From positions 1 through 64,000 of IMG/VR virus record IMGVR_UViG_3300025030_000053: 64,000 bases of DNA, one strand, 5' to 3'. Under the pieces are notes generated by a model. It did no database searches. It worked only from the letters and a program-made list of their open reading frames with translations, and was not told where the DNA came from. Shown here piece by piece: positions 1-9,157 of this stretch. This stretch comes from a virus. The stretch's first letter is position 1, and every line of letters begins with the position of its first letter. Made by a program: the position numbers and the translations under genes.

Positions 1-332
1 GGGGGATTCACGAAGATCAAGACGAGCCGAAATCAATATATGACATAAGATCAAGGAGGCGCCCAGGTTGGAGTTATGAAGATATGGGATGGCGGCGAGC
101 GGACGAACAAATGTTGAGGGAGCATTTCACAGAGAGGTATCCAGGACTAAGGGCGTGGGAACATCCGCATTCGGTATGGTTTGGAGAAAATCCATCTGAA
201 ACAGCAGAAAATATAGAAAAGGGTGCCAGAAAATTATCAAAAATATACAAAATTCCGCAAGAAGAAATTGAGCGCAGGATTAGGAATCTGATGAGGAGAA
301 TTGGTGCCTATCCAGCATACTGGGACGAATAA
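1..332 (+). CDS. Hypothetical protein, 5'-truncated by the window edge
   Basis: The frame of ORF 84..332 stays open back to position 3 (GIHEDQDEPKSIYDIRSRRRPGWSYED...). Confidence 0.6.
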   Translation, partial: GIHEDQDEPKSIYDIRSRRRPGWSYEDMGWRRADEQMLREHFTERYPGLRAWEHPHSVWFGENPSETAENIEKGARKLSKIYKIPQEEIERRIRNLMRRIGAYPAYWDE

Positions 333-502
333 ATGTTATTTTTAGCGCAAATCAATATATAGAAATATTTGAATTGCAAAGATTACTCAATTGTATAATC
401 AAATATTAGTAATCCATCTGAAAAAATAATTCTAAATATTCTTTCTTCAATCCTGAAAAACCATATGTTTCTATTTAGAACTCTACAAATAATCTGACAA
501 AA

Positions 503-907
503 TTATACTATTGATATAGATTTGTTGTTTATTTTATTATCAGATGACAGAGATATAGAATTCATTATAAAATCTGATTTTTCAAGATATTCAAATTTAC
601 CTTCATTGATTTTATCGTTCAGAACTAAAATTTTCTGTTTTCTTTTTGGATGATATGTCAATCCTAACAATCCACTTTCTAATAATTCTGCAATTTCAAT
701 TTCTATGATGATTCCTTCTTTGTGTTTTTTGGCTGGAGAAAGCAAGAAAAACGCTTCTTCTGGTTCTCTGTCATCATATTGGACCACTGATCTAAAACTT
801 GAAACTTCACCATCAAAATCCACACTTTTCACTTGGCAACCTTGATGAAGATATATCATTCCGTAATCTTTTTGTTTCCTTGATTTTCTTTTCCAAAACC
901 ATTTCAT
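503..907 (-). CDS. Hypothetical protein
   Basis: 134-aa ORF with GGAGA RBS; its start overlaps the purA stop (ATGA). Confidence 0.7.
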   Translation of the reverse strand: MKWFWKRKSRKQKDYGMIYLHQGCQVKSVDFDGEVSSFRSVVQYDDREPEEAFFLLSPAKKHKEGIIIEIEIAELLESGLLGLTYHPKRKQKILVLNDKINEGKFEYLEKSDFIMNSISLSSDNKINNKSISIV

Positions 908-2202
908 TCATTTCTCCATAATATTTGCTTTCTTTCTGGTCCCACACAAACAGAAGAAATTGTAGTTCTTACTACTCGCTCAACAAAATAAACAAATTTC
1001 TTCAATTCAGATGGCAAATCTTCAAAATTTCTGCAATTATCAATTTTTTTACCACAACTCTTCATTTCAATAAAGTTGGGAACAACAGAATAGTATTGAG
1101 TTGAATCGGCTGGAATATAGTCAATTGGAAAACCATCCAGAGAATATCCAACACATGCCTTGAATGAATCAAGTTGCGACAAAATACCCAATCCTGTCAA
1201 ACAAATTGAATCAACACCGCTGAACCTGATTGCTTCTTTCAGAGCCACCAAATCCAACCAAGCAATTCTTCTGGGACGACCAGTAGTCGTTCCATACTCA
1301 TGTGCGATCTCTCTGATGTGGTCAGCCTGAGCACCAAAAAATTCAGTAGCAACAGGCCCGCCTCCCGAACGAGATACATATGCTTTGGCAACACCATAGA
1401 CGTGGTGGATTTTCTCTGTGAAACCAGTGCCAGAAGCAATTCCACCGCAGGCTGTTGTGTTGCTGGAAGTTGTATAAGGAAACACACCTTGATCGATGTC
1501 AAGCAAGGAAGCATTCGCTCCCTCAAACAAAATTCTCTTGCCATCAATATGTGCATTTTGCAACAATCTTCTTGTGTCTGCGATTTTGAATGGGAAGGAT
1601 TGTGTCAAGTCTTCTTCAATTTGTTTGGGATCAAATTCGCTGAAAGGCTCGTCAATCAGATCTGAAAGAGCTTTCAAATACGCATTCTTGATTGTCGCAG
1701 CAAATTTCAATTTCTTTGACAATTCTGTTTGGTTTTGAATATCGCACATTCTGATTGCAGTTGAGCGATGCATCTTGTCGGCATAGCAAGGACCTATCCC
1801 TTTTGCAGTAGTTCCAACAATTTGATTCTGCTCTCTCAATTGCACTCGAAGTTTTTCTTGAAGCTGATCTTCAAACTTGTGCCAGGAAAGAACTACGTGC
1901 GCTCTGTCAGAAACATAAACATTTGGTTCAATTCCGTCTTTTTGCAGATCTTCAATTTCTTGCTTCAATTGAATTGGATCAATCACCATTCCATTACCAA
2001 GGACATTGATTTTGTCTTCCCAAAAAACACCAGAAGGAAGAAGATGGACTGCATATTTTTTGTCGTTGAATTTTATTCCATGTCCAGCATTGGCTCCTGC
2101 ATTAAACCTAACAACCACGTCATGCTGTTCAGTCAAGATGTCTATCAACGAACCTTTGCCGCAATCACCATAGGACAATCCAGATACTACACTATGCATC
2201 AT
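904..2202 (-). CDS. purA: Adenylosuccinate synthetase (PurA family, divergent motifs)
   Basis: YGDCGKG P-loop, NAGH, GTTAKGIGPCYADK, EGANASLLDID..FPYTTSS, EYGTTTGRPRRIAWLD. Confidence 0.93.
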   Translation of the reverse strand: MMHSVVSGLSYGDCGKGSLIDILTEQHDVVVRFNAGANAGHGIKFNDKKYAVHLLPSGVFWEDKINVLGNGMVIDPIQLKQEIEDLQKDGIEPNVYVSDRAHVVLSWHKFEDQLQEKLRVQLREQNQIVGTTAKGIGPCYADKMHRSTAIRMCDIQNQTELSKKLKFAATIKNAYLKALSDLIDEPFSEFDPKQIEEDLTQSFPFKIADTRRLLQNAHIDGKRILFEGANASLLDIDQGVFPYTTSSNTTACGGIASGTGFTEKIHHVYGVAKAYVSRSGGGPVATEFFGAQADHIREIAHEYGTTTGRPRRIAWLDLVALKEAIRFSGVDSICLTGLGILSQLDSFKACVGYSLDGFPIDYIPADSTQYYSVVPNFIEMKSCGKKIDNCRNFEDLPSELKKFVYFVERVVRTTISSVCVGPERKQILWRNE

Positions 2203-3464
2203 TTCATTTCTCCGATCCTAGAAAAATATAAATTGCTTATCTCGTCCCATTTCATTTTATATTTAACATCTATAACAAGTAATTCTATATTGTTGTCTTT
2301 TGCCAATTTAACTTTGGTTTCAAAATCTTTGCAGTATTTCTCAAAATTCTCAATTGGTTGTTTTGGGAATCTTCTATTGTAATCTTCCCAAGAATAATGA
2401 CATGGCTCGTTAAGTTCAACAAGTAAATTTCTTTCTTTTGAATAATAATCATATCTTAATAATCTGTTTTTATCATTTTTATTGAATATATTTTCAAAAA
2501 TTAATCTTGATACAGAATATTCGCCCTCAAAGTCGTTAAATAATTCTTCAAAAACTAAATGATATATTGATTTATTATATCTAATAATTCGTTTTGCTTT
2601 ATTAATATTTCCATCGACACGCCGTGTAATAATGTGACAATTATGACATATGGGATTCCCATCTATTCGAGTACAAATTTTTCTAATTTTATTGCACAGA
2701 AAACATGCATCTGAATTAATTTTTGATTTACAAGATGGACATATTGAAAATCCTTCTTTATTCCTACTATCAACTCGTTTTATTTCATGACAAATTGAGC
2801 ATTCCTCTGTATTCATTCTTCCCTTGCAATTAGAACAAATAGGATTAAAATATATATCTCTGGTGTCGACTGATTTGACCATATTACAGACTGAACATGG
2901 TTCTTTTTTAAATTTTCTTAAACAATTAGAACATATTGGTTCTCCAACAAAATTTCTTGTTCCAATCTTTCCAATTCTGCCGCAAGAAGAACATTGATCT
3001 TTGTGATTTCTGACATAACATTTATGACAAATTGGTTGTTTATTCTCGTCCCTGGTGGCAACTTTTCGATTTTCATTGCATTTACAACATCTTTGTTTAT
3101 TAATATCTAATCTACAATCAGAACAAATAGCATTATTTTTATCATCTCTGGTAGAAACAGGCTTGAATCTATGACAAATGATACATTCTTCATTTGATTT
3201 ATTTTTCATATAACAAGTACTACAAATTGGGTTCTTACTGGCATCTCTGGCGTCAATTCGACCAATTTTTTCACATATTACGCATTTTTCTTTTTTCAAA
3301 TTTCTTCTACAATTATGACAAACTTTTAGTTTATTATCTACTATAAGTTTTAACTCTCTACAATTAGAACAAATTTCTTTATGATTTAATCTGCATTCTT
3401 TTGAACAGAATCTATGATTGTTTCGCCTCGATTTGAATTCTTTTTTACATTCTAAGCATTCCAT
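2199..3464 (-). CDS. Zinc-finger repeat protein with C-terminal PD-(D/E)XK (Vsr/DUF559-like) nuclease; probable homing endonuclease
   Basis: Eight tandem ~32-aa CxxC...CxxC repeats, then LRYDYY..NLLVELNEPCHY..D..K...AKDNNIELLVI; AT-rich relative to purA. Confidence 0.7.
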   Translation of the reverse strand: MECLECKKEFKSRRNNHRFCSKECRLNHKEICSNCRELKLIVDNKLKVCHNCRRNLKKEKCVICEKIGRIDARDASKNPICSTCYMKNKSNEECIICHRFKPVSTRDDKNNAICSDCRLDINKQRCCKCNENRKVATRDENKQPICHKCYVRNHKDQCSSCGRIGKIGTRNFVGEPICSNCLRKFKKEPCSVCNMVKSVDTRDIYFNPICSNCKGRMNTEECSICHEIKRVDSRNKEGFSICPSCKSKINSDACFLCNKIRKICTRIDGNPICHNCHIITRRVDGNINKAKRIIRYNKSIYHLVFEELFNDFEGEYSVSRLIFENIFNKNDKNRLLRYDYYSKERNLLVELNEPCHYSWEDYNRRFPKQPIENFEKYCKDFETKVKLAKDNNIELLVIDVKYKMKWDEISNLYFSRIGEMK

Positions 3465-3533
3465 TAGTCCTCCATATCGTATTCAAGTTTTAAAAACCTA
3501 TGTTTCATTTCATTTCTCCAATTCAAATATTTA

Positions 3534-4079
3534 TTAAATTTCAGATCCCAACTTTGACAGTTCATTATCTACTATTTCTCCCATATCAAATAAAATTTGT
3601 TTTGTTTTTAATAATTTTACCATTGAATCAAAAATATCATTTTCTATGCAATAAAATTTTAATCCATAGGCTCCAACCAAAAATTTGACCTCCATTTTTT
3701 CCGGAGGAGATTCTTTAAAAATTTCTTTTTTGAGTTGACACATCAAATCATCTATATCATTTTGTTTAGGAATATCAGTTGGAGAACCTAATGTAATTAT
3801 ATAACAATAATTTTTATCTATATTTTTCATATATTCTATGATATTTTCAGTATTCAATAGTTCTGAAAATTTTTCATAAATATTATTGTTTTCTTTAATA
3901 GAAATAGGTAAATAGTCATTAGGAACTACAAATGATTGTTTGCCAATATTTTGTTGGATTACTTCTAAATTGTCTTTTAGACCATCATAAGTAATTCTAA
4001 AAGGTTCTTCTCCTATTCCAACTAGCAAACTTTTATTTTTTATATCTTCAAAACTAATTTTTTGAATTTGTATTTTCAT
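3534..4079 (-). CDS. Hypothetical protein, paralog of 4079..4591
   Basis: N-terminus MKIQIQKISFEDIKNK resembles MQIKVQKIPVENIKDK; similar length. Confidence 0.7.
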   Translation of the reverse strand: MKIQIQKISFEDIKNKSLLVGIGEEPFRITYDGLKDNLEVIQQNIGKQSFVVPNDYLPISIKENNNIYEKFSELLNTENIIEYMKNIDKNYCYIITLGSPTDIPKQNDIDDLMCQLKKEIFKESPPEKMEVKFLVGAYGLKFYCIENDIFDSMVKLLKTKQILFDMGEIVDNELSKLGSEI

Positions 4080-4591
4080 TATTTTTCTCCTTTGATTACA
4101 ATCATTGAATTGTCTAATTGTTTAATCATCTGATTCAATAATTCTTTCATTCTGATGATTTGATTAAAATTGCTAAAATGATCAACACAATATATTTCTA
4201 TTGGCATAACCGCAATAAGTTTATTTATTTTATATTTATTAAAACTTATAATCAGTTTCAATAAATCATCATAGTATTGATCTAAATCTAACGAAATCTC
4301 AAATATATGAATGCAATCTGATGATATATCCGACATATATCGTCTCACAACCTCTGCACAATCGTCATAAGATTCACTATCTGTAATCAGGATTTCATCG
4401 GCATCGTCTCTGCACAGCAGAGACGATGCATATCCATCTGGAACTATTGCGACATTATCACTAAAATATTTGAAAGATTCTAATAGTGAATCTATTGTAT
4501 GTTGTTCAGTTGCATCTTGTCCTGATAATTCTAAAATAATAATTTTATCCTTGATGTTTTCAACTGGTATTTTTTGAACTTTGATTTGCAT
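4079..4591 (-). CDS. Hypothetical protein, paralog of 3534..4079
   Basis: AAGGAG RBS; TAATG stop/start coupling to the next gene. Confidence 0.7.
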   Translation of the reverse strand: MQIKVQKIPVENIKDKIIILELSGQDATEQHTIDSLLESFKYFSDNVAIVPDGYASSLLCRDDADEILITDSESYDDCAEVVRRYMSDISSDCIHIFEISLDLDQYYDDLLKLIISFNKYKINKLIAVMPIEIYCVDHFSNFNQIIRMKELLNQMIKQLDNSMIVIKGEK

Positions 4592-4611
4592 TATTTTTCT
4601 CCTTATTCAAT

Positions 4612-5025
4612 TCACGAACGATCTACCGCTCCTTGTAAATGATCTCTGAATCCACCTTCCTGTGTCGATCTGTCTCTTAATATTTTGATCATAGAGTCTT
4701 TGTCCTTAATGTTTTCTGCCCATTCTCCGCAAAAGAAATTGATGGTCAATGGGAAATCATCCAATGGAATATAAGCTTCCAACAAAACATCCCTCCCATC
4801 CGGAATTATCTATGGCAAATATAGTAATCCTATGTTGAATTCCTGAATAAGTGTCCGTTCCTGTTTGAATTACAACTTTATGAGTATCGCCAACAATATC
4901 AGAAATAGCATCGGAAAATTCTTGCAGAACACGATATGGTTTGGAATAAGATTCGTATTGAGTTGGTTGAATAACTTTTTTGTTAAATAACTGCTTTGGA
5001 ATACAATCTGAAAAATATTATTCAT
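4612..5025 (-). pseudogene. Doubly frameshifted ~137-aa gene (pseudogene or sequencing indels)
   Basis: Protein-like text continues across frames: MNNIF / SDCIPKQLFNKKVIQ...TIFAIDN / DGRDVLLEAYIPLDDFP...GAVDRS*; it fills the gap between its neighbours. Confidence 0.5.
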
Positions 5026-5623
5026 CATCTTTCCTTGTGTCAAACATATTTTCAATCAATGAATCAATTTCATTCTCTGAATTTTTTGATTCTTCCAGAG
5101 TGTCATGATTCTTGTTTTCCAACTGCTTGTGCATCTCAACACTATCTAATAGCAGATATTTGATCCACATTCCTGGCAAATAAACTAATGGCTCGCGATC
5201 AATAACAGGTTCTTTGCCCTTGTAGATACTGATCGTTGGTCCTTCATACAAATATTCCTGGTGAACAACTATCTGATATTCACAATTTTCTTTATTAGGG
5301 ACAAACGATGTATATCCTGAATATAAATCGAGTGACCAAATAGATAATCCGCATTCACGGAGTAGTTTTTCTGCCTCTTCGTGAGACATTCCTGATAATT
5401 TACAAAATTTTAGATAATCAAATTGGATTTTGTATAATCGTTTATCAAAAACATCCAATTTTCCATCAACCAAAATTTTATCCAACCAAATTGCCCATTT
5501 CTTCTCATATATATCAACAAGTCCATCCATGTAATCTTTTTTCAGTTTTTGGTCAATCTTTTCCAGTTTCTGTTCAAATTCAGTTTTTTGCTTTTCAGGT
5601 TTTTGCCTTCTTCTCATTTTCAT
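5018..5623 (-). CDS. Hypothetical protein
   Basis: 201-aa ORF with AGGAG RBS, in operon. Confidence 0.7.
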   Translation of the reverse strand: MKMRRRQKPEKQKTEFEQKLEKIDQKLKKDYMDGLVDIYEKKWAIWLDKILVDGKLDVFDKRLYKIQFDYLKFCKLSGMSHEEAEKLLRECGLSIWSLDLYSGYTSFVPNKENCEYQIVVHQEYLYEGPTISIYKGKEPVIDREPLVYLPGMWIKYLLLDSVEMHKQLENKNHDTLEESKNSENEIDSLIENMFDTRKDDE

Positions 5624-6260
5624 CTCCTAAATTCCAGCTCAGCCAAGGCTTCTTCCAATGTGTGGTGCCAACTTCTCCGGTTTCAAAATTGAATGTAATT
5701 GGAGTCGCTATTTGAATGTATGGAAAATCTTTTTCTGCGACTATATGGATTGCATCTTTGAGAGAAATTCCTTCCGGAAGTTCCAAATATCCAAAAATCG
5801 GTTTTCTGACAACACCCCCTTTTTCCACTTCTGAAAGATCTAAAAATTGGATTTTCCAGGAACCATCATTACCCCACACACAACCAGAAACAAAACCTTT
5901 GTCTCCCTCGAACGGAGGCATATCCTCCTCCATATCATCTGCTTTCCACTCTTGTCTGTCATAAACTGGAACATAATATTCCACAGGACAAAAACCAAAT
6001 TGGTCTCGTTCTTCTCCACCTAAATCTTTGCAATCAGGCAGGGACATCACGCGAGTAGCTGTATAGTCTTTTGAGTAAAGTGCATATTCTTTTCCGTTCT
6101 TGGTGAAAGGATAGAACGGACACACTCCGTCATAGTTGCGAACATATTCTCCCACTTTGGTGTCATCAAGGAATATTTCCACCAACAATGAATCCCATTG
6201 ATTAGGTTTGTTCTTGATTGCAGTTTTTTTGATTTTATATTTTTCAGTTATATCTATCAT
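5595..6260 (-). CDS. Hypothetical phage protein
   Basis: 221-aa ORF with GAGGTG RBS; globular composition (ALYSKDYTATRVMSLP, GFCPVEYYVP). Confidence 0.75.
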   Translation of the reverse strand: MIDITEKYKIKKTAIKNKPNQWDSLLVEIFLDDTKVGEYVRNYDGVCPFYPFTKNGKEYALYSKDYTATRVMSLPDCKDLGGEERDQFGFCPVEYYVPVYDRQEWKADDMEEDMPPFEGDKGFVSGCVWGNDGSWKIQFLDLSEVEKGGVVRKPIFGYLELPEGISLKDAIHIVAEKDFPYIQIATPITFNFETGEVGTTHWKKPWLSWNLGDENEKKAKT

Positions 6261-6287
6261 TTCATCTCACCTCACATATCAAAGACT

Positions 6288-6309
6288 ACTCATCGCAAGG
6301 TGAGTTTTT
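6288..6309 (+). terminator. Hairpin with GCAA tetraloop and T-tract, oriented for plus-strand transcription
   Basis: ACTCATC-GCAA-GGTGAGT-TTTT. Confidence 0.4.
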
Positions 6310-6330
6310 CAATCTTCGACTGGGAGAATT

Positions 6331-6558
6331 TCAGATCGCAAAATTTTTGTTCATAGCGCTGCCACTTGGTCTGATAGATTCCGCCATCAATAAATTTCTT
6401 TGAATAATTCTGATCATTTCTGCTTTCATCATTTGCAACTTGACTTCAACCATATCTATTTGTGTCAAATGATCTTTTTTCAGTTGTTTGAATCTAAATT
6501 CTAATTCTTCAAATTTTTGACGACACTCATCAAGTCTCATCACCTGCTCATCATTCAT
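6331..6558 (-). CDS. Small coiled-coil hypothetical protein
   Basis: ATG at 6558 lies in the last codons of the helicase gene; heptad-like helix. Confidence 0.6.
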   Translation of the reverse strand: MNDEQVMRLDECRQKFEELEFRFKQLKKDHLTQIDMVEVKLQMMKAEMIRIIQRNLLMAESIRPSGSAMNKNFAI

Positions 6559-9115
6559 TTTCTTCTTCATTCTCCGGTGGCACAATTTCTGCCGTTGGTT
6601 CTTCCCAGATGGTTGCGTGTTCTCTTCCCAATTGGGTGTTTCGATATTTAGCCAAGGTTGATTGTAACCATCTAAATTCATTATCAGTGGCATTTTGGAT
6701 TGGATTCCAGTTGCCTGATTGCTGTTGTCGGTCTTCCACTCTTTGCATAAACACTCTAATCATATCAGCGTCAAGTTTGTTAAAACCACATGAATCAAGA
6801 TTCCTTGCCCCGTCGCATTGACTGAGCAAATATTCCAAAGCTCTCCAAATGGCAGATTTTCTTGACATGGTAAGTGGAACGTCATGCCCCGGCTTTGGTT
6901 TTTCTACTCTATCTACTGATTGTTGGGGGCGAACAGCAGTTGTTGATTCGGATCCAAGTTGTTGATAAACTGCTGCTCTGATTTCTTCTTCGGTGCAGTC
7001 TTCAATCTTTTTCATTTCTCCATTGACAAATATTTCAGGCTCTTCGCCGGATTCGTCTCCTTGCGCTAGAATCTCTTGCACTCGCCCATCAATTGAAGCA
7101 TCGATCCATTTCTGTTTCATATCTAAAAGTTTTACAATGTGGATATCAATTGGATGATTCACTAACAATCTTATTATATTGAGTCTATCTGCTTTTTGTC
7201 CAATTCTGTTGATTCTATCTTCTGCCTGTGCATTGTCGCCGGGAGTCCATGCCATATCGACAAACAGCACACTGGCAGCCCTGGTAAGTGTGTATCCGAC
7301 ACCTCCAGCACCAATAGTCAATGCCAAACCTTTAAGTTTGCCATTCTGGAAATCAGCCACTACTTGCGATCTTTCCTCGGTTTTAATTCCTCCGTGAATT
7401 TTTGCCCACCCGTCACGATCGCCAATGATGTTCACCGGCGCAACATGGGCAGAGAATACGATCAATGGCTGATTGCGACTTTCAAAATCTTCTACAATCT
7501 TCAAGGCAGCATCAATCTTGTAGGCTGCCAAATCAGCACGTATTTTTGAAAATTCTTCGAAGGGGGGCAAATCCCCAGGAGATTCTCCATATTCATCTTC
7601 GGTGATTTCCTGATTATCATCCTGCGCTTTGGCGATCCATTCTTGTAGAGCAACATTCATTTCTTCCATCAAAGCAGGATCGTCAATATCTACCAAAACA
7701 TTTGAATATTCCTTCGGTGGCAAAGTCAGTGTGTCACTTTTCTTTCGTCTAATCATCACTTTACCTAGAATTCCAGGGACTAATGGACTTGGGGTGCCCC
7801 AGCCGGTGATGATTCTGATTCGCCCTCTGCGATCAGGCGGCGCTTCTTTTTCGTCTTCTTCTTCGTCTGTCTTCGGTTGGACTTTTTTAGCCTTTGGCGT
7901 GACATCTCCCCATATAGCCCCCATCAATTTGTTGAAAAGATCATAAGAATTTATTGTTTCTGCATCTTTTGAAAGTTTTGTAGGGCGGAAGGTTTGCTTG
8001 ATCATATCACCAACAACAAGCAACCCATACAAATCTTGTGGACGATTAGCCAAAGGGGTCCCAGTCAACATCCAACTTGAAGCAGCATATTTGCAAAGAC
8101 TTCTAACTTTGACACTTCTTCTATTTTTTAATTTTTTCACATAATGTGCTTCATCAACAATTACGCTATATCTTGAAAATGCTCTTTGCAATTCTTCATC
8201 CAAAGCATTGAAATCTCTATATTTCACTTTCTCGCCTTTGATTTCTAATGTCGTCCACGGAGGTATAAATTCATCCGGCAGGCGCTCATAACTAACGATT
8301 ACAATTTCACCAGCCTGTGGGAACCTGAAATCTTTTTTGCTTTTGATGACAATTGGCTGGAATTCTGGAACCCAGTGTTTGATTTCGGCAACCCAGGCAC
8401 TTTCGACAATCGCCAATGGACACACAACAATCGCACCTCTATTTTTAGGAAGAGACAACAAAGAAATGGCAGTCTTACCTAATCCCATGTCGTGCGCAAG
8501 CAAAGCTCTGCTCTGTTGGGACAGCCATTCGATGTCCTCTGCTTGAAATTCAAGCATACCCTTCTTCAAGGCATTTTGATAAGCCTCTCCGTGTTCGGTT
8601 ACAACAGCCTCGGCTTTTGGATCTATAGCAAAACCCAAACCTTTTAATGTTTTGACAACATGTGTCGCATTTGTTTGACTAAATGGCAATAGCCAAACAT
8701 TCGCGTATCCCTCAAATTCTTTTCTGAATGAGGCACCATCAAAACAAATCTTGATCGCCATCACAATGTCAAAATTATATGGGAAAAGTATCATTGCCAT
8801 GTTCGGACTTGTTGCGGAGAGTTTTAGTTCTTTTCTGGCAGCAGAGATAGGTGATGACGCAGATCCGGTTTCAACACCTTTTCTCTGCAGTTCTCCACGG
8901 CCAGCTTGCCACTTTTGATAACAATCTTTGTGAAAACAAAGAAAACCAGGTCCATTAGGGTTTTTTTCACAAAGCCCTTCCTGCGCCCCTACTTGTCTTC
9001 CACATTCAGGAAGAGCACATGGTCCTCCATATCTATTTGTGAAGCCTGCTAAAACTTCCTTCAAGGTGCTGAATTTCCCAGGTTTGTTGATGCCCAATGC
9101 AAATTTTAGCCACAT
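6551..9115 (-). CDS. SNF2/SWI2-family (HARP-like) helicase
   Basis: HDMGLGKT, IVDEAH, LTGTP, GVGYTLTRA, QAEDRINRIGQ; N-terminal Cys/His zinc motif. Confidence 0.9.
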   Translation of the reverse strand: MWLKFALGINKPGKFSTLKEVLAGFTNRYGGPCALPECGRQVGAQEGLCEKNPNGPGFLCFHKDCYQKWQAGRGELQRKGVETGSASSPISAARKELKLSATSPNMAMILFPYNFDIVMAIKICFDGASFRKEFEGYANVWLLPFSQTNATHVVKTLKGLGFAIDPKAEAVVTEHGEAYQNALKKGMLEFQAEDIEWLSQQSRALLAHDMGLGKTAISLLSLPKNRGAIVVCPLAIVESAWVAEIKHWVPEFQPIVIKSKKDFRFPQAGEIVIVSYERLPDEFIPPWTTLEIKGEKVKYRDFNALDEELQRAFSRYSVIVDEAHYVKKLKNRRSVKVRSLCKYAASSWMLTGTPLANRPQDLYGLLVVGDMIKQTFRPTKLSKDAETINSYDLFNKLMGAIWGDVTPKAKKVQPKTDEEEDEKEAPPDRRGRIRIITGWGTPSPLVPGILGKVMIRRKKSDTLTLPPKEYSNVLVDIDDPALMEEMNVALQEWIAKAQDDNQEITEDEYGESPGDLPPFEEFSKIRADLAAYKIDAALKIVEDFESRNQPLIVFSAHVAPVNIIGDRDGWAKIHGGIKTEERSQVVADFQNGKLKGLALTIGAGGVGYTLTRAASVLFVDMAWTPGDNAQAEDRINRIGQKADRLNIIRLLVNHPIDIHIVKLLDMKQKWIDASIDGRVQEILAQGDESGEEPEIFVNGEMKKIEDCTEEEIRAAVYQQLGSESTTAVRPQQSVDRVEKPKPGHDVPLTMSRKSAIWRALEYLLSQCDGARNLDSCGFNKLDADMIRVFMQRVEDRQQQSGNWNPIQNATDNEFRWLQSTLAKYRNTQLGREHATIWEEPTAEIVPPENEEENE

Positions 9116-9126
9116 AGTGCTTCAAA

Positions 9127-9152
9127 CTTCTAAAAATCATATTTGAATTCCT
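9127..9152 (-). promoter_or_regulatory. SigH-like promoter (variant) of the helicase gene
   Basis: Minus strand AGGA-N18-GAAG, 11 nt before an ATG that lacks an SD. Confidence 0.4.
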
Positions 9153-9157
9153 GTTTT

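Noticed and set aside
904-2202. PurZ / Z-genome
   Set aside because: The P-loop keeps Asp (GDCGKG, not GSxGKG), TTGRPRR is PurA-like, and no dATPase/MazZ genes are adjacent.
2199-3519. Target-site duplication proving transposition of the zinc-finger nuclease
   Set aside because: The same 15-mer occurs at 57429..57443 as an ordinary RBS/start, so it is not diagnostic.
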